Program-made: the position numbers and the translations under genes
From: Spirochaetota bacterium
GTDB lineage: Bacteria > Spirochaetota > JAGLSM01 > JAKPMW01
NCBI GenBank assembly: GCA_036795535.1
Contig: DAIREN010000002.1
Location: 1-48,354, forward strand
Reading direction: 5' to 3'
Length of the DNA stretch: 48,354 nucleotides
The notes under the pieces: generated by a model
Databases searched by the model: none
Told to the model about the DNA's origin: nothing
The model's input: only the letters and a program-made list of their open reading frames with translations
Shown: piece after piece, positions 15,435-25,600 of the stretch
Layout of the letters: the number at the start of each line of letters is the position of its first letter
Position numbering within the stretch: the stretch's first letter is position 1

Positions 15435-18400
15435 TCAGTTGGCGCCTACAGCCTTCTCGCCCTTTTTGGCCTCGATGATCTTCTCATCCTTCTCGGTCAG
15501 GGCAATCTCCAACCCCTCGCGATCATAGATCCGCATGTCAAGTCCAAGTCCCCGCAATTCCTGTACGAGCACATTGAAGGACTCGGGGATGCTGGGTGCG
15601 GCCTGATAGTCACCCTTGACAATGGCTTCGTAAATCCTGGCCCTTCCCATCATGTCATCGCTCTTGACCGTCAGGAGTTCCTGGAGCGTATTGGCAGCTC
15701 CATAGGCCTCAAGTGCCCAAACTTCCATTTCTCCGAGGCGCTGGCCTCCGAACTGGGCCTTTCCTCCAAGAGGCTGCTGGGTGACCAACGAGTATGGACC
15801 AGTCGAACGTGCGTGCATCTTGTCGTCGACAAGGTGCGAGAGCTTCAGCATGTACAGGATCCCGCAGGTGACTTCATTCTCGAACGGTTCGCCGGTCTGC
15901 CCGTCATGGAGCCGGACACGACCGTATTCCGGAAGGCCGGCATCTTTCATCGAATTCCTGATATCATCGAAAGTGGCACCCTCGAACACAGGAGTCGCAA
16001 CTGTTTCATTGCGAGTCTGCGCTGCCCAACCGAGGAGAGTCTCGAAAATCTGGCCGAGGTTCATACGGGAAGGCACACCGAGGGGGTTAAGGACAATATC
16101 GACAGGTGTCCCGTCGGCCAGAAACGGCATATCCTCCACGGGAAGAATGCGGGCCACAACACCCTTGTTTCCATGACGCCCGGCCATCTTGTCGCCTTCG
16201 GTCAACTTGCGCTTGGTGGCAACATAGACTTTGACACATTCCTCGACACCTGGAGAGAGTTCGTCATTATTGTCCCGCGAGAAAACACGGACATCAATGA
16301 CGGTACCGCTGCAGCCATGGGACATGTAGAGGGATGTATCACGGACATCCCGCGATTTTTCTCCGAATATCGAATGGAGGAGCTTGAACTCGGGAGTCAG
16401 CTCGGTCTCCCCTTTCGGGGTGACCCTGCCGACAAGCATGTCACCGGGCTTGACCTTGGCGCCGATCCGGACAATGCCGTTTTCGTCAAGATTCCGGAAC
16501 ATCTCTTCCCCAACGTTGGGAATATCACGGGTGATCTCTTCTTTGCCCAGTTTTGTTTCTCTGGCATCGATGGAGAATTCGGTGATATGGATGGAACTGA
16601 AGACATCATACTTGACGATATTCTCGGAAAGCAGAATCGCGTCTTCGTAGTTGTAGCCGTTCCATGTGGTAAAAGCCACAAGCACGTTCCGTCCCAGCGC
16701 CAGTTCGCCCTGATCACAGGCCGGCCCGTCAGCGAGAACATCGCCCTCCTTGACCTCCTGGCCCTTGTAGGCGATGATCTTCTGGTTGATGCATGTATCC
16801 TGGTTCGAACGGCGATACTTGATCAGTTTGTAGGTATCAAGGTCATTCTTGTTTTTCTGGTTCTTGGGTTCGATGACAATCTCGGTCGATGAGATTTTGA
16901 CAACGGTCCCTTCCCTTTTGGCCTGGACACAGACTCGTGAATCCTTGGCGACCCTGCCCTCAAGTCCTGTCCCGACAGCCGGAGCCTGGGGGAACATCAG
17001 CGGAACAGCCTGGCGCTGCATGTTGGAACCCATCAAGGCACGGTTGGCGTCATCATGCTCGAGGAAGGGAATCAGAGCTGTCGAAACCGAAATCAACTGC
17101 TTGGGCGAAACGTCCATATAGTCGACATCGGTTGCCGAGATCAGGGGATACTCGCCGCGATGACGGACTGTCACAAACTCGCTGGTAAACTTGCCCTTGG
17201 CGTCGATAGCCTCGTTGGCCTGGGCGATCTTGTAATGCTCCTCACGGATCGCATCGAGATACTCGATCTGGTCCGTGGCCCGGCCATTCTCGCACTTGCG
17301 GTACGGTGTCTCGAGGAAACCGTACGAATTGACCTTGGCATAGCAGGAGAGGGACATGATCAGACCGATGTTCGGTCCTTCAGGAGTTTCGATCGGGCAC
17401 ATTCTCCCATAATGCGTATGGTGAACGTCACGAACCTCGAAACCGGCGCGGTCGCGGGTCAAGCCACCCGGCCCGAGAGCATTGAGACGCCGCTTGTGCG
17501 TCAGCTCGGAAAGGGGATTGGTCTGATCCATGAACTGGGAGAGCTGTGATGATCCGAAGAATTCCTTGATGATCGCTGTCAAGGGCTTGATCGAGATGAT
17601 CTTCTGCGGCTTCAAGTCCTCACGGTCATCACTGGACATTCTTTCCTTGATGGACCGTTCCATCCGCATGAAGCCCAGCTTGAGCTGGTTCATGAGGAGT
17701 TCACCGATCGAACGGATACGGCGCGTTCCCAAGTGGTCAATATCGTCAATGCTTCCGATTCCGCGATAGACCTTGATCAGGTAACGGACAGTCTCGATGA
17801 TGTCTTCTTTAGTAAAAACGTTTTCGACGCTGCGGGTTTTGTCGTTATAGAGTTTGAGATTGAATTTGTAGCGGCCAACCTCGCCAAGATCGTAGCGCTT
17901 AGGATCGAAAAAGAGCTTGTTGATTTCCTTGTCGGCATTCTCAATTGTCGAAGGCTCACCAGGCTTGATGACGTTGTGGACCCTGGAGATAGCTTCCTCC
18001 CGGGTGTGTGCTTCTTCTTTGGTCTTGGCAAGAGTGTTCAAAAGACACTCGTCTTCCTTGAGTTTGGTCAAATCAAGAACCGGGATGGCCTTGATCCCCA
18101 ATTCCTGCATTTTTTCGATGTCTTTTCCGAAGAGTTTTGATCCGGCCGGGAACAACACCTCCCCCGGATTGGCCGGGTCAACCACCTCACGCGCAAGCCG
18201 TTTTCCGTTGAATTGTTCACGCTCTTCCGGACTGAGACCGGCAATCTTTTTTTCTTCGACATCGTAGAAGAGAGCCATGATCTCGTCTTCGCGCGTGTAC
18301 CCGAGGGCCATCAGGAAGGTCGTGAAGAGGATCTTCCTCTTCCTGTCAATCCTGACATGGATCAGTTCCTTCTTGAAATCCAGCTCGAACTCGAGCCAGG

Positions 18401-18911
18401 CACCCTTTTCAGGAATGATCTTGGCCTCATAGACAGCCATCCGGTCATTCCGGGAGAAGATCACGCCCGGAGACTTGTGGATCTGGGAGACGACCACCCG
18501 TTCAGCACCATTTATGATGAAGGTGCCCCGCTCAGTCATGAGGGGGATATCACCCATGTAGATTTCTTTTTCTTGGATTTCGCCAGTATCCTTGAGAACC
18601 AGCTGAAGCGTTGCCTTGAGGGGAATGGCATAGGTCTGCCCCTTCTCCCGTGCTTGCGCCTCATCATATTTGACATCACCGAATGTGTAATCCCTGTACT
18701 GAAGAATCACATTCCCGTCATTGCTTTCGATTGGAAAAATCTGCGTGAAGACGGCCTGAAGGCCTTGCTCAGCCTTCTTTTTGGCATGTCGCTGTAAAAA
18801 CCACTCGTACGAATCAAGCTGGATGTCAATGAGGTTCGGTACCTCAAGAACTTCCTTGAGCTTCCCGTAGCTTCTGCGCACTCTGCCGACAGTCTTGGTC
18901 ACCTTTGCCAT
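15435..18911 (-). CDS. rpoB: RNA polymerase beta subunit
   Basis: 1,158 aa: [13 protein letters not shown] ... GRHGNKGVV ... [18 protein letters not shown]. Confidence 0.98.
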   Translation of the reverse strand: MAKVTKTVGRVRRSYGKLKEVLEVPNLIDIQLDSYEWFLQRHAKKKAEQGLQAVFTQIFPIESNDGNVILQYRDYTFGDVKYDEAQAREKGQTYAIPLKATLQLVLKDTGEIQEKEIYMGDIPLMTERGTFIINGAERVVVSQIHKSPGVIFSRNDRMAVYEAKIIPEKGAWLEFELDFKKELIHVRIDRKRKILFTTFLMALGYTREDEIMALFYDVEEKKIAGLSPEEREQFNGKRLAREVVDPANPGEVLFPAGSKLFGKDIEKMQELGIKAIPVLDLTKLKEDECLLNTLAKTKEEAHTREEAISRVHNVIKPGEPSTIENADKEINKLFFDPKRYDLGEVGRYKFNLKLYNDKTRSVENVFTKEDIIETVRYLIKVYRGIGSIDDIDHLGTRRIRSIGELLMNQLKLGFMRMERSIKERMSSDDREDLKPQKIISIKPLTAIIKEFFGSSQLSQFMDQTNPLSELTHKRRLNALGPGGLTRDRAGFEVRDVHHTHYGRMCPIETPEGPNIGLIMSLSCYAKVNSYGFLETPYRKCENGRATDQIEYLDAIREEHYKIAQANEAIDAKGKFTSEFVTVRHRGEYPLISATDVDYMDVSPKQLISVSTALIPFLEHDDANRALMGSNMQRQAVPLMFPQAPAVGTGLEGRVAKDSRVCVQAKREGTVVKISSTEIVIEPKNQKNKNDLDTYKLIKYRRSNQDTCINQKIIAYKGQEVKEGDVLADGPACDQGELALGRNVLVAFTTWNGYNYEDAILLSENIVKYDVFSSIHITEFSIDARETKLGKEEITRDIPNVGEEMFRNLDENGIVRIGAKVKPGDMLVGRVTPKGETELTPEFKLLHSIFGEKSRDVRDTSLYMSHGCSGTVIDVRVFSRDNNDELSPGVEECVKVYVATKRKLTEGDKMAGRHGNKGVVARILPVEDMPFLADGTPVDIVLNPLGVPSRMNLGQIFETLLGWAAQTRNETVATPVFEGATFDDIRNSMKDAGLPEYGRVRLHDGQTGEPFENEVTCGILYMLKLSHLVDDKMHARSTGPYSLVTQQPLGGKAQFGGQRLGEMEVWALEAYGAANTLQELLTVKSDDMMGRARIYEAIVKGDYQAAPSIPESFNVLVQELRGLGLDMRIYDREGLEIALTEKDEKIIEAKKGEKAVGAN

Positions 18912-19007
18912 CTTGTACCCCGGGAAAAAGTTTCTGTCGTTTCAACGACAGCGTAGTGAAATACTGCAAAAAATATACCAATAAATAGCAAAGAAAAGCC
19001 GGAAGAC

Positions 19008-19037
19008 CTGTGAGGCTTGACTGAACAAACCCCACAG
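19008..19037 (-). terminator. Partial terminator or attenuator between rplL and rpoB
   Basis: Minus strand has CTGTGGGG, a 14-nt loop, then CCTCACAG (8 bp including one G-U pair, extendable through GAAG/CTTC). It is followed by CCGGCTTTTCTTTGCTATTTATT. An attenuator at this junction is classical in E. coli. Confidence 0.4.
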
Positions 19038-19079
19038 AAGCCTTCGGCTCATCCCTGCATCCGGATCCGGATAAAAGCC

Positions 19080-19463
19080 TTACTTGAGGACAACGACTGA
19101 ACCCGCTTCTTCAAGCTGCTTCTTCATTGCTTCGGCCTCGGCCTTTGCAATGCTCTCCTTGATCGGCTTCGAGTTATCCTCAACAAGATCTTTCGCTTCC
19201 TTGAGGCCAAGACCGGTGATCTCGCGGACGACCTTGATCACGTTGATCTTGTTTGAAACCTCTTTGAGGAACACGGAGAACTCTGTCTGCTCTTCAGCAG
19301 CAGGAGCCCCACCGGCAGCCGGGCCAGCCATGACGGCAACCGGAGCAGCCGAAGCAGCCGTAACGTCAAACTTCTCCTCGAATGCCTTGCGAAGCTCGTT
19401 GAGCTCGAGCACTGTCATGCCCGCGATCGCGTCCAGGATTTCCTCTGATGTCAGCTTTGCCAT
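19080..19463 (-). CDS. rplL: 50S ribosomal protein L7/L12
   Basis: 127 aa with an Ala/Pro hinge ([20 protein letters not shown]) and C-terminal [19 protein letters not shown]. Confidence 0.98.
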   Translation of the reverse strand: MAKLTSEEILDAIAGMTVLELNELRKAFEEKFDVTAASAAPVAVMAGPAAGGAPAAEEQTEFSVFLKEVSNKINVIKVVREITGLGLKEAKDLVEDNSKPIKESIAKAEAEAMKKQLEEAGSVVVLK

Positions 19464-19490
19464 ATTATCTTCTCCTTATTTTTCAGCCGG

Positions 19491-19527
19491 TACCCATTGC
19501 AGGCAAGTATTTCGAAGACAATGGGTA
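19491..19527 (-). promoter_or_regulatory. Perfect 9-bp inverted repeat in the rplJ-rplL spacer
   Basis: TACCCATTG, a 19-nt loop, then CAATGGGTA. A competing GCAGG/CCTGC pairing overlaps it. The repeat's downstream arm ends 27 nt upstream of the rplL ATG. Confidence 0.35.
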
Positions 19528-19560
19528 TTTCGGCAATTTGTACTGTGATACCTGCACTTC

Positions 19561-20082
19561 TCAACCGTTTGCGGCTCTCTTGTCCTCGAGCGCCTTGATG
19601 GAAAGTGCAAATGTCGAAAGAATGCTCTGCATGTCCCCGGCAAAGGTCGAAAGAACGGAAACCATTCCTCCGGCAATCTGGGAGAGCAACTGGCTTCTTC
19701 CGGGAAGCTTGGAAAGCTCCTTTGTCTCTTCGGGACCGAAGAACTGTCCGCCGACATAGGCTGCCCTGAGTGCCAGCTTTGTCTTGGTCTGGAAATCAAG
19801 AAGCGTTTTTGCCGCCGAAGGAGCCTCGGCGCCGACGAACGCGACAGAGGTCGGACCGCTGAAATACTTCTCGGCCCCGGAAACTCCATTCGCCCGGAGG
19901 GCAATCAGCGCAAGATTGTTTTTGACAACCTTGAAGGTAACTCCAATCTCGCGGAGCTTCCGACGAAGATCGGAAATTTGCTCTACCGTCAGACCTCGGT
20001 ATTCAACGACGATAAAATCTCCGCTTTCGGCAAAACGGGCCTTGAGATCATCTACCTGTTCTATCTTTTCGGGTTTGGCCAT
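19561..20082 (-). CDS. rplJ: 50S ribosomal protein L10
   Basis: 173 aa, MAKPEKIEQVDDLKARFAESGDFIVVEYRGLTVEQISDLRRKLRE. Only 12 nt separate it from the rplA stop. Confidence 0.97.
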   Translation of the reverse strand: MAKPEKIEQVDDLKARFAESGDFIVVEYRGLTVEQISDLRRKLREIGVTFKVVKNNLALIALRANGVSGAEKYFSGPTSVAFVGAEAPSAAKTLLDFQTKTKLALRAAYVGGQFFGPEETKELSKLPGRSQLLSQIAGGMVSVLSTFAGDMQSILSTFALSIKALEDKRAANG

Positions 20083-20094
20083 GGTTTATTCCTT

Positions 20095-20775
20095 TCAGGA
20101 GAGCGTCTTCCAGTCAACCCTCACACCGGGCCCCATTGTCGAGGTCAATGTGACGTTGCGGATGTAGTCGCCCTTGAGATCAGTCGGCCGGCGGCGAAGA
20201 ATCTCGCCAAAGAGAGTCCTGGCGTTCTCAAGGAGCTTGTCTGCATCGAGGGATGTCCGACCCAGACTCAGGTTGACAACACCCTTCTTGTCTGCACGGA
20301 ACTCGGTCCGCCCTTTTTTGAACTCAGCGACCGCCTTGGGGATATCCGTGGTGACCGTTCCCGTCTTCGGGTTCGGCATCAGACCGCGTTTTCCGAGATA
20401 GGGTCCGAGTTTCGCCAGATCCTTCATCATATCGGGCGTCGCGATGGCAACATCGAAATCGTACCAGCCACCCTTGATCTTCTCGATAAGGTCTTCGGAA
20501 CCGACATAATCGGCACCGGCTGTCTGGGCCGCACTGGCCATATCGCCCTTGGCGAAAACCAGGACGCGCTTCGACTTGCCGCTCTGATGGGGAAGGACAA
20601 AGGTATCGCGGATGGTGTGCTTGGCCAGAATGTTCAATGTGATCGAGATATCAAAACTCTCGTCAAACTTCGCCTTCGCATTGGCCTTGACAATCTCGAC
20701 TGCTTCGGGGGCAGTGTAGAGACGGGCCCGCTCAACCTTGGAAGATGCTTCTGTGTATCGTTTGCTGTGCTTCAT
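20095..20775 (-). CDS. rplA: 50S ribosomal protein L1
   Basis: 226 aa with [15 protein letters not shown]. Confidence 0.97.
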   Translation of the reverse strand: MKHSKRYTEASSKVERARLYTAPEAVEIVKANAKAKFDESFDISITLNILAKHTIRDTFVLPHQSGKSKRVLVFAKGDMASAAQTAGADYVGSEDLIEKIKGGWYDFDVAIATPDMMKDLAKLGPYLGKRGLMPNPKTGTVTTDIPKAVAEFKKGRTEFRADKKGVVNLSLGRTSLDADKLLENARTLFGEILRRRPTDLKGDYIRNVTLTSTMGPGVRVDWKTLS

Positions 20776-20789
20776 GCAGGTCTCTCCTC

Positions 20790-21218
20790 TCAGTCCACGA
20801 CTTCGATGCCCATACTGCGGGCTGTTCCTGCAATGATCTTGCAGGCTGCGTCGACATCGTTGGCATTGAGATCGGGCATCTTGAGCTCGGCAATCTCACG
20901 CACTTTTGACATGGGAATCTTTGCGACCTTCTCCTTGGCCGAAGAGCTCGATCCCTTTGGGATGCCGCAGGCCTTGCGCAGCAGGACTGCTGCCGGAGGC
21001 GTTTTGGTCACAAAGGTGAACGAGCGGTCTTCATAAACCGTGATCACAGCGGGGATAACCAGATCCTTGTCCATGCCGGCAGTCTTTGCATTGAATGCCT
21101 TGCAGAACTCCATGATGTTCAAACCATGGGGACCCAGCGCAGAACCGACCGGCGGTGCCGGGGTTGCTGCTCCCGCAGCGATCTGGAGTTTGACTACTGC
21201 TTTGACTTTTTTTGCCAT
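20790..21218 (-). CDS. rplK: 50S ribosomal protein L11
   Basis: 142 aa, [34 protein letters not shown]. Confidence 0.98.
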   Translation of the reverse strand: MAKKVKAVVKLQIAAGAATPAPPVGSALGPHGLNIMEFCKAFNAKTAGMDKDLVIPAVITVYEDRSFTFVTKTPPAAVLLRKACGIPKGSSSSAKEKVAKIPMSKVREIAELKMPDLNANDVDAACKIIAGTARSMGIEVVD

Positions 21219-21294
21219 GACTCCATCCTTGTTTTAAAAAATCTTGTATCAGTCAGTACCCGGCGGTTCGGGTACATGCTGTCCGTGATGCAGG

Positions 21295-21855
21295 CTAGAT
21301 TCTTTCAGCCTGTGTAAAACTGAGCTCGACCGGGGTTGCCCGTCCAAAAATCTCGACCTTGACCCTGATCGTCCCTTTTTCCTGATTGATCTCTTCCACA
21401 ACACCCTTGAAGTCCTTGAAGGGACCTTCGACAACCGTCACCTGGTCGCCCATCGAGAAGTTGATCCGGACCGTCGGCTTGACCTCGGCGGACTTGATCT
21501 CTCCCATCTTGGCGAGCACGTGATAGACATCCTCGGTGGCCACAGGAGAAGGCCTGGTCGTTCTCGTTGAACCGAGAAAACCGGTCACACCGGTGATTCC
21601 GCGAATCTTCTGGTACGCGGCTTTCCACATCTGCTCGTCTTCGGGAATATCCATCTCGACAAGAATGTATCCGGGGAAGAACTTCTTTTTGGTTTCCCGT
21701 TTTTTTCCGGAGCGCATCTCGATCACGCTCTCCACGGGGATCTTTACATCGTGTACGACGTCGGCCAGCTCAAGGCGAGTCAAACGATCAATACCCTGCT
21801 TGACCTTGTTCTCATACCCGGAATAGGTATGGAGGATGTACCAATGCCGCGCCAT
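21295..21855 (-). CDS. nusG: Transcription termination/antitermination factor NusG
   Basis: MARHWYILHTYSGYENKV, with a C-terminal KOW motif (GDQVTVVEGPFKDFKGVVEEI). The ATG at 21855 is 1 nt after the secE stop; the ORF-track TTG at 21867 is an alternative. Confidence 0.95.
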   Translation of the reverse strand: MARHWYILHTYSGYENKVKQGIDRLTRLELADVVHDVKIPVESVIEMRSGKKRETKKKFFPGYILVEMDIPEDEQMWKAAYQKIRGITGVTGFLGSTRTTRPSPVATEDVYHVLAKMGEIKSAEVKPTVRINFSMGDQVTVVEGPFKDFKGVVEEINQEKGTIRVKVEIFGRATPVELSFTQAERI

Positions 21856-21856
21856 A

Positions 21857-22030
21857 TCATTCACCAATCAGCTTGATCAAAAACGTCATCAGGGCATCCA
21901 TGCCGCCAAGGCCGAGCGAGACGACAACGAGAGAGACAAGAACAACGACTGTCGAATTGACCACTTCCTGCTTCTCGGGCCACTCGACTTTTTTCAGCTC
22001 TGCCTTGGACTCCCGAAAAAATTCGAACAT
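21857..22030 (-). CDS. secE: Preprotein translocase subunit SecE (57 aa, single TM helix)
   Basis: MFEFFRESKAELKKVEWPEKQEVVNSTVVVLVSLVVVSLGLGG, in the conserved position before nusG. The longer ORF-track version runs through tRNA-Trp. Confidence 0.85.
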   Translation of the reverse strand: MFEFFRESKAELKKVEWPEKQEVVNSTVVVLVSLVVVSLGLGGMDALMTFLIKLIGE

Positions 22031-22169
22031 GCGTTTCACGGTTATCACCTTCCATGATGGTACTGCACCAACCAGGTCGACTGCTTCGACAAGAACACAA
22101 CCCCCGGACTGGAGACTGTTCCTCAATAAGCTACTCACAAGGAAACAGATATGCCCATAAAAAAAGAAA

Positions 22170-22242
22170 CGGGACAGGGAGGACTCGAACCCCCAGCCTA
22201 GTGATTTGGAGTCACCCGCTCTACCATTGGAGCTACTGTCCC
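22170..22242 (-). tRNA. tRNA-Trp (anticodon CCA)
   Basis: I folded the minus-strand sequence GGGACAGTAGCTCCAATGGTAGAGCGGGTGACTCCAAATCACTAGGCTGGGGGTTCGAGTCCTCCCTGTCCCG by hand into a cloverleaf. Acceptor is GGGACAG/CTGTCCC, anticodon loop CTCCAAA, T-loop TTCGAGT. No CCA is encoded. Confidence 0.93.
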
Positions 22243-22270
22243 AGACACCCGGCCACAAAAGTGTCCGGGA

Positions 22271-22432
22271 TTATTTCACTTCTTTGTGCACCGTGTGTTT
22301 GCGATCCCACGGGCAAAACTTGGAGAGCTCAAGTTTTTCGGAATGCAACTTCTTGTTCTTTGTGAGAGAGTAATTCCGCCGCTTGCATTCCTGACAGGCA
22401 AGCTGGATTTTCTCGCGTACTGACTTTGCCAT
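22271..22432 (-). CDS. rpmG: 50S ribosomal protein L33 (53 aa; too short for the ORF track)
   Basis: My own translation is [53 protein letters not shown], with stop TAA. It sits in the conserved position upstream of secE-nusG. Confidence 0.9.
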   Translation of the reverse strand: MAKSVREKIQLACQECKRRNYSLTKNKKLHSEKLELSKFCPWDRKHTVHKEVK

Positions 22433-22497
22433 TGGATACCTTCCCTGAATCTTTGACCGCCAGAAAACCGGAGACGGTCACGATACTCAAAAAAATG

Positions 22498-22570
22498 AGC
22501 CCTCGACCAGAATTGAACTGGTGACCACTTGCTTACCATGCAAGTGCTCTACCGACTGAGCTACGAGGGC
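22498..22570 (-). tRNA. tRNA-Thr (anticodon GGT)
   Basis: Minus strand reads GCCCTCGTAGCTCAGTCGGTAGAGCACTTGCATGGTAAGCAAGTGGTCACCAGTTCAATTCTGGTCGAGGGCT. Acceptor is GCCCTCG/CGAGGGC, anticodon stem CTTGC/GCAAG, loop ATGGTAA. Confidence 0.92.
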
Positions 22571-22591
22571 ATGCGCAGGTAACGCTGCAAA

Positions 22592-22620
22592 AATATAGTC
22601 AAGCCCGGGCGATACGGCAA
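22592..22620 (-). promoter_or_regulatory. Sigma70-like promoter for the tRNA-Thr/rpmG/tRNA-Trp/secE/nusG unit
   Basis: Minus strand reads TTGCCG, a 17-nt spacer, then TATATT. The -10 element ends about 21 nt upstream of the tRNA-Thr 5' end. Confidence 0.4.
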
Positions 22621-22643
22621 ATTTTTCAAACTTTTTTCTTCCC

Positions 22644-25600
22644 TCAGAACCGGATCTGCATCTTGAGCCCAACCTCAAACCCGAACGAGAGCCCGAAATC
22701 ATCCTCGTTCAGTGCAAAACCGTCCGAAGACGGCAGGACAAGCCGCCAGCGCTCGAAAACAAAGGCCAGGTGCAAGACCCCATTCCAGTTACTGGTAAAG
22801 TCATAATCGATCGAGTGCTTGAGACGCAGATAGAATGTCCGTTCAAAAATTTCGCTGAAGTTGTACCGCCCCTCCCGGTTCCGGTCATACTCGCTCGTCG
22901 AGAACCGGATCAGGACCTCGTTCATGTGCTTCCATTCGGTATCAATCGGAATCTTGAGGCGGAAAATCTCCAGTGTTCCGGAGTGCTTTGTCTGGAACCC
23001 GATATCGAAGCGGATCCCGTGATCCCACTTGGTCAGACCGGGAACCTCGGTGATGGCCGGGGCCTTCCCGCCCGCCAGTTCTTCGAGATCACCGAAGGAA
23101 TCCCCCCGCCCGTCCCCGCTGTCGGCTCCAAGGCCCATATACTCGTAGCCGGCATCACCCGCCACCAGAAACTGCTCCGTCCTGCTCCGCGTCACTTCCC
23201 ACGCGAGGGCCATCGTGGTGGACCTGTTCCAGTTGACATTGAACCCAAGCGATGCCGCGAGTGTGTCACTGACCTGCTTTGTGTTGTAATCCCATGACCG
23301 GCCGATCTGCATCTTGAGCGCAAGGTCCTGAACGCTCTTTCCAGGAGAGGATGCTTCATCAAACAGCCAGAATCCGAGTTTTTTCAACGGAAAGTTCTTG
23401 TTGAACGAGAGGGAGCGTTGCCTGTTTTGCACATAACTCATCAGGTTGCGGGCCGTATTCTGCGTCTCCGTCAACTGCCAGTCGGCAGGCAGAAAATCGG
23501 CGAAGAGCGTCTCCCCATAATCGAGTCGCAGGGAAAGCGCAATCCGATGGGAAATCGAGAGATACGAGTTTCCCTCGTCTTTCAGTCGCGAAACATCGTC
23601 CAGCGCCGCATGCCGGCTCCCCAACCCGAGGACATCGCTTCCGGAAAATGGCTGGCTCATGAAGACACCATCCAGTTCGCGCCAGATCTGCGATTCTCCC
23701 ATCTGCCCGGCGGTCTGGGAATACGAGAGATCCCGGGAAAGATCCAGGGAGAGACTCCGCAAGGGAAACTCCGGAAACGCGAGGACAAGCCCGTACTGGC
23801 TCTTGGCCGTTGTCGTGTCGTTGTTGGCATGGACATAATTTGTCTGCCCGGCCGGCAAGAGCATCCGGACAAAATTGGCATCCCGGGCGCTCCGTGAAAA
23901 AGATGCCGTCAGCGAGAGGAATCCGAGATTCCTGAAGGCTGCCGTATAATTCATCCCTTCCCCGATCGCCCCGATATTGGTACCCCCGACGCTATCCCCG
24001 ATCCGGCCCATTCCGGAGAGCAGGGAGGCCGTTCTCTCTGCCCAGGCTTCCATCGGTCCCATCATGTCATAGGTACGGATCAGGTCCCGCATCCCGTCCC
24101 GCGAACGGGTCGAATCATAGCGCTCCCGCTCGGCAAAGGTCGTGAGCGAGACCTGGGCCTGGGAACGATTGATCCCGAGAAAATTGTCGGCACCCCAGAT
24201 CAGGCTGAGACTCTCCTTTCGGTTCCAGGTGGCCGTCGCAGTCGTGGCGGCATTGGTATACCATGACCCGGCCACCCCGTTTGTCTGCCGTGACGAATCC
24301 GAGATAAAGAGGGAATCACTGGCCAACCACTTCCATGTGAACCCGGCCGGAAGTCTCCCGCCAAGCGTGACGCCGGCACTCTCGCTGTACTGTTTTTTGA
24401 GAACATCGGCCAGCGTCTCGACAAGATTGGTTGTACTGTCGATCACGTGTGTGACATTCCGCTGCACGGACCGGGTGTAGGTGTGTTCGAGCGAGGGAAA
24501 GTATCCTTTTGGAACACTCCACCCGATGGTGTGCCGCCATGTCCTGTTGGTCGTTGCATGCTGGAGCGTGAGCGGTGTTCTGGCCTCGTCGGTATCCGAA
24601 CGTCTGGTTTCGTCGGAATACTGGAGCGACATGTCCAGTCCCCCGAGGATGGAAAACCGGGCACTAGTATTGGCCATCCGCGACGCCAGATCCTCGCCCT
24701 GCTGGCCGATGGAACGGAAACCGGAGGTGACGGCATCCAGGTCAAACCGGGCCGAGACAGGTCCCACGAGGGGGATCCCCCAGATTTCCACCAAGGGCTT
24801 GTCCGGACTGACAATATCGCCCCGCAGGCTGAATGCCGTTCCGCTCTTGGTCACGTCATCCGCCAGATGTCCTTCATTGACCCAAAGCTCACCCCTGTTG
24901 TCCGGCAGGAGGCTCCCGGTAGTATCGACGCCGACGGTGGCCCGTGTCACCTCGCGCAGATTGGGCTTTTTGGGACTGGTCGTTGCCCGTGCCAGGATCA
25001 CCCCGTCTTTCCGGACAACAAACCTGTCCCCGGTTGTTCCCGGATCCAGGTCGAATTCGAGCTTGTGCCATTTTTTGCGGCCAGCACTGACGGCCTCGCC
25101 CGCTTTTTCCAGCGATGTGAGCGGAATACGCCATTGGTAATAGCGGTCATCGCTGTTCCCCAGGCGGAAGACAAAAGCCTCATTGGTATCACCGGCCTTT
25201 TCTTTGACAAACATGTAGAGGACCATCTTCCGGTAGAACGAAAAATCAAGGGTCGTATTGTAGACCCGGGTCACAGAACCGAAACTCCCCGTTCCACCGG
25301 AATCCCGGGGCATGTTGGAGAGGTTCCACTGGAGCTGGAGAGCCTTCTCGTTGAATTCGCTCTCCTCGGTATTGGACATCGTTCCGTGCAGGTCTTCAAA
25401 ATCATCCCGATACTCGCGGAAGATTCTGTTGTCACGGTACTCGCTGTTTTCCCGTGTCGAAATCACGCTCGCTGAAAAGGCCGGAAGTGTCCGGTCCGGC
25501 ACAACGGTATCGTCAATTCTCAGCACATCCCAGGTGGAACCCTTGAACCAGGCCCTGTCGATCAGGAGTCTTCCCCGTTCGCCGCCGGCACCGGTGATCG

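Noticed and set aside
22031-22258. Upstream 76 codons of the 133-aa ORF that contains secE.
   Set aside because: This segment runs straight through the tRNA-Trp gene (22170-22242). The secE-like sequence starts at the internal ATG at 22030.
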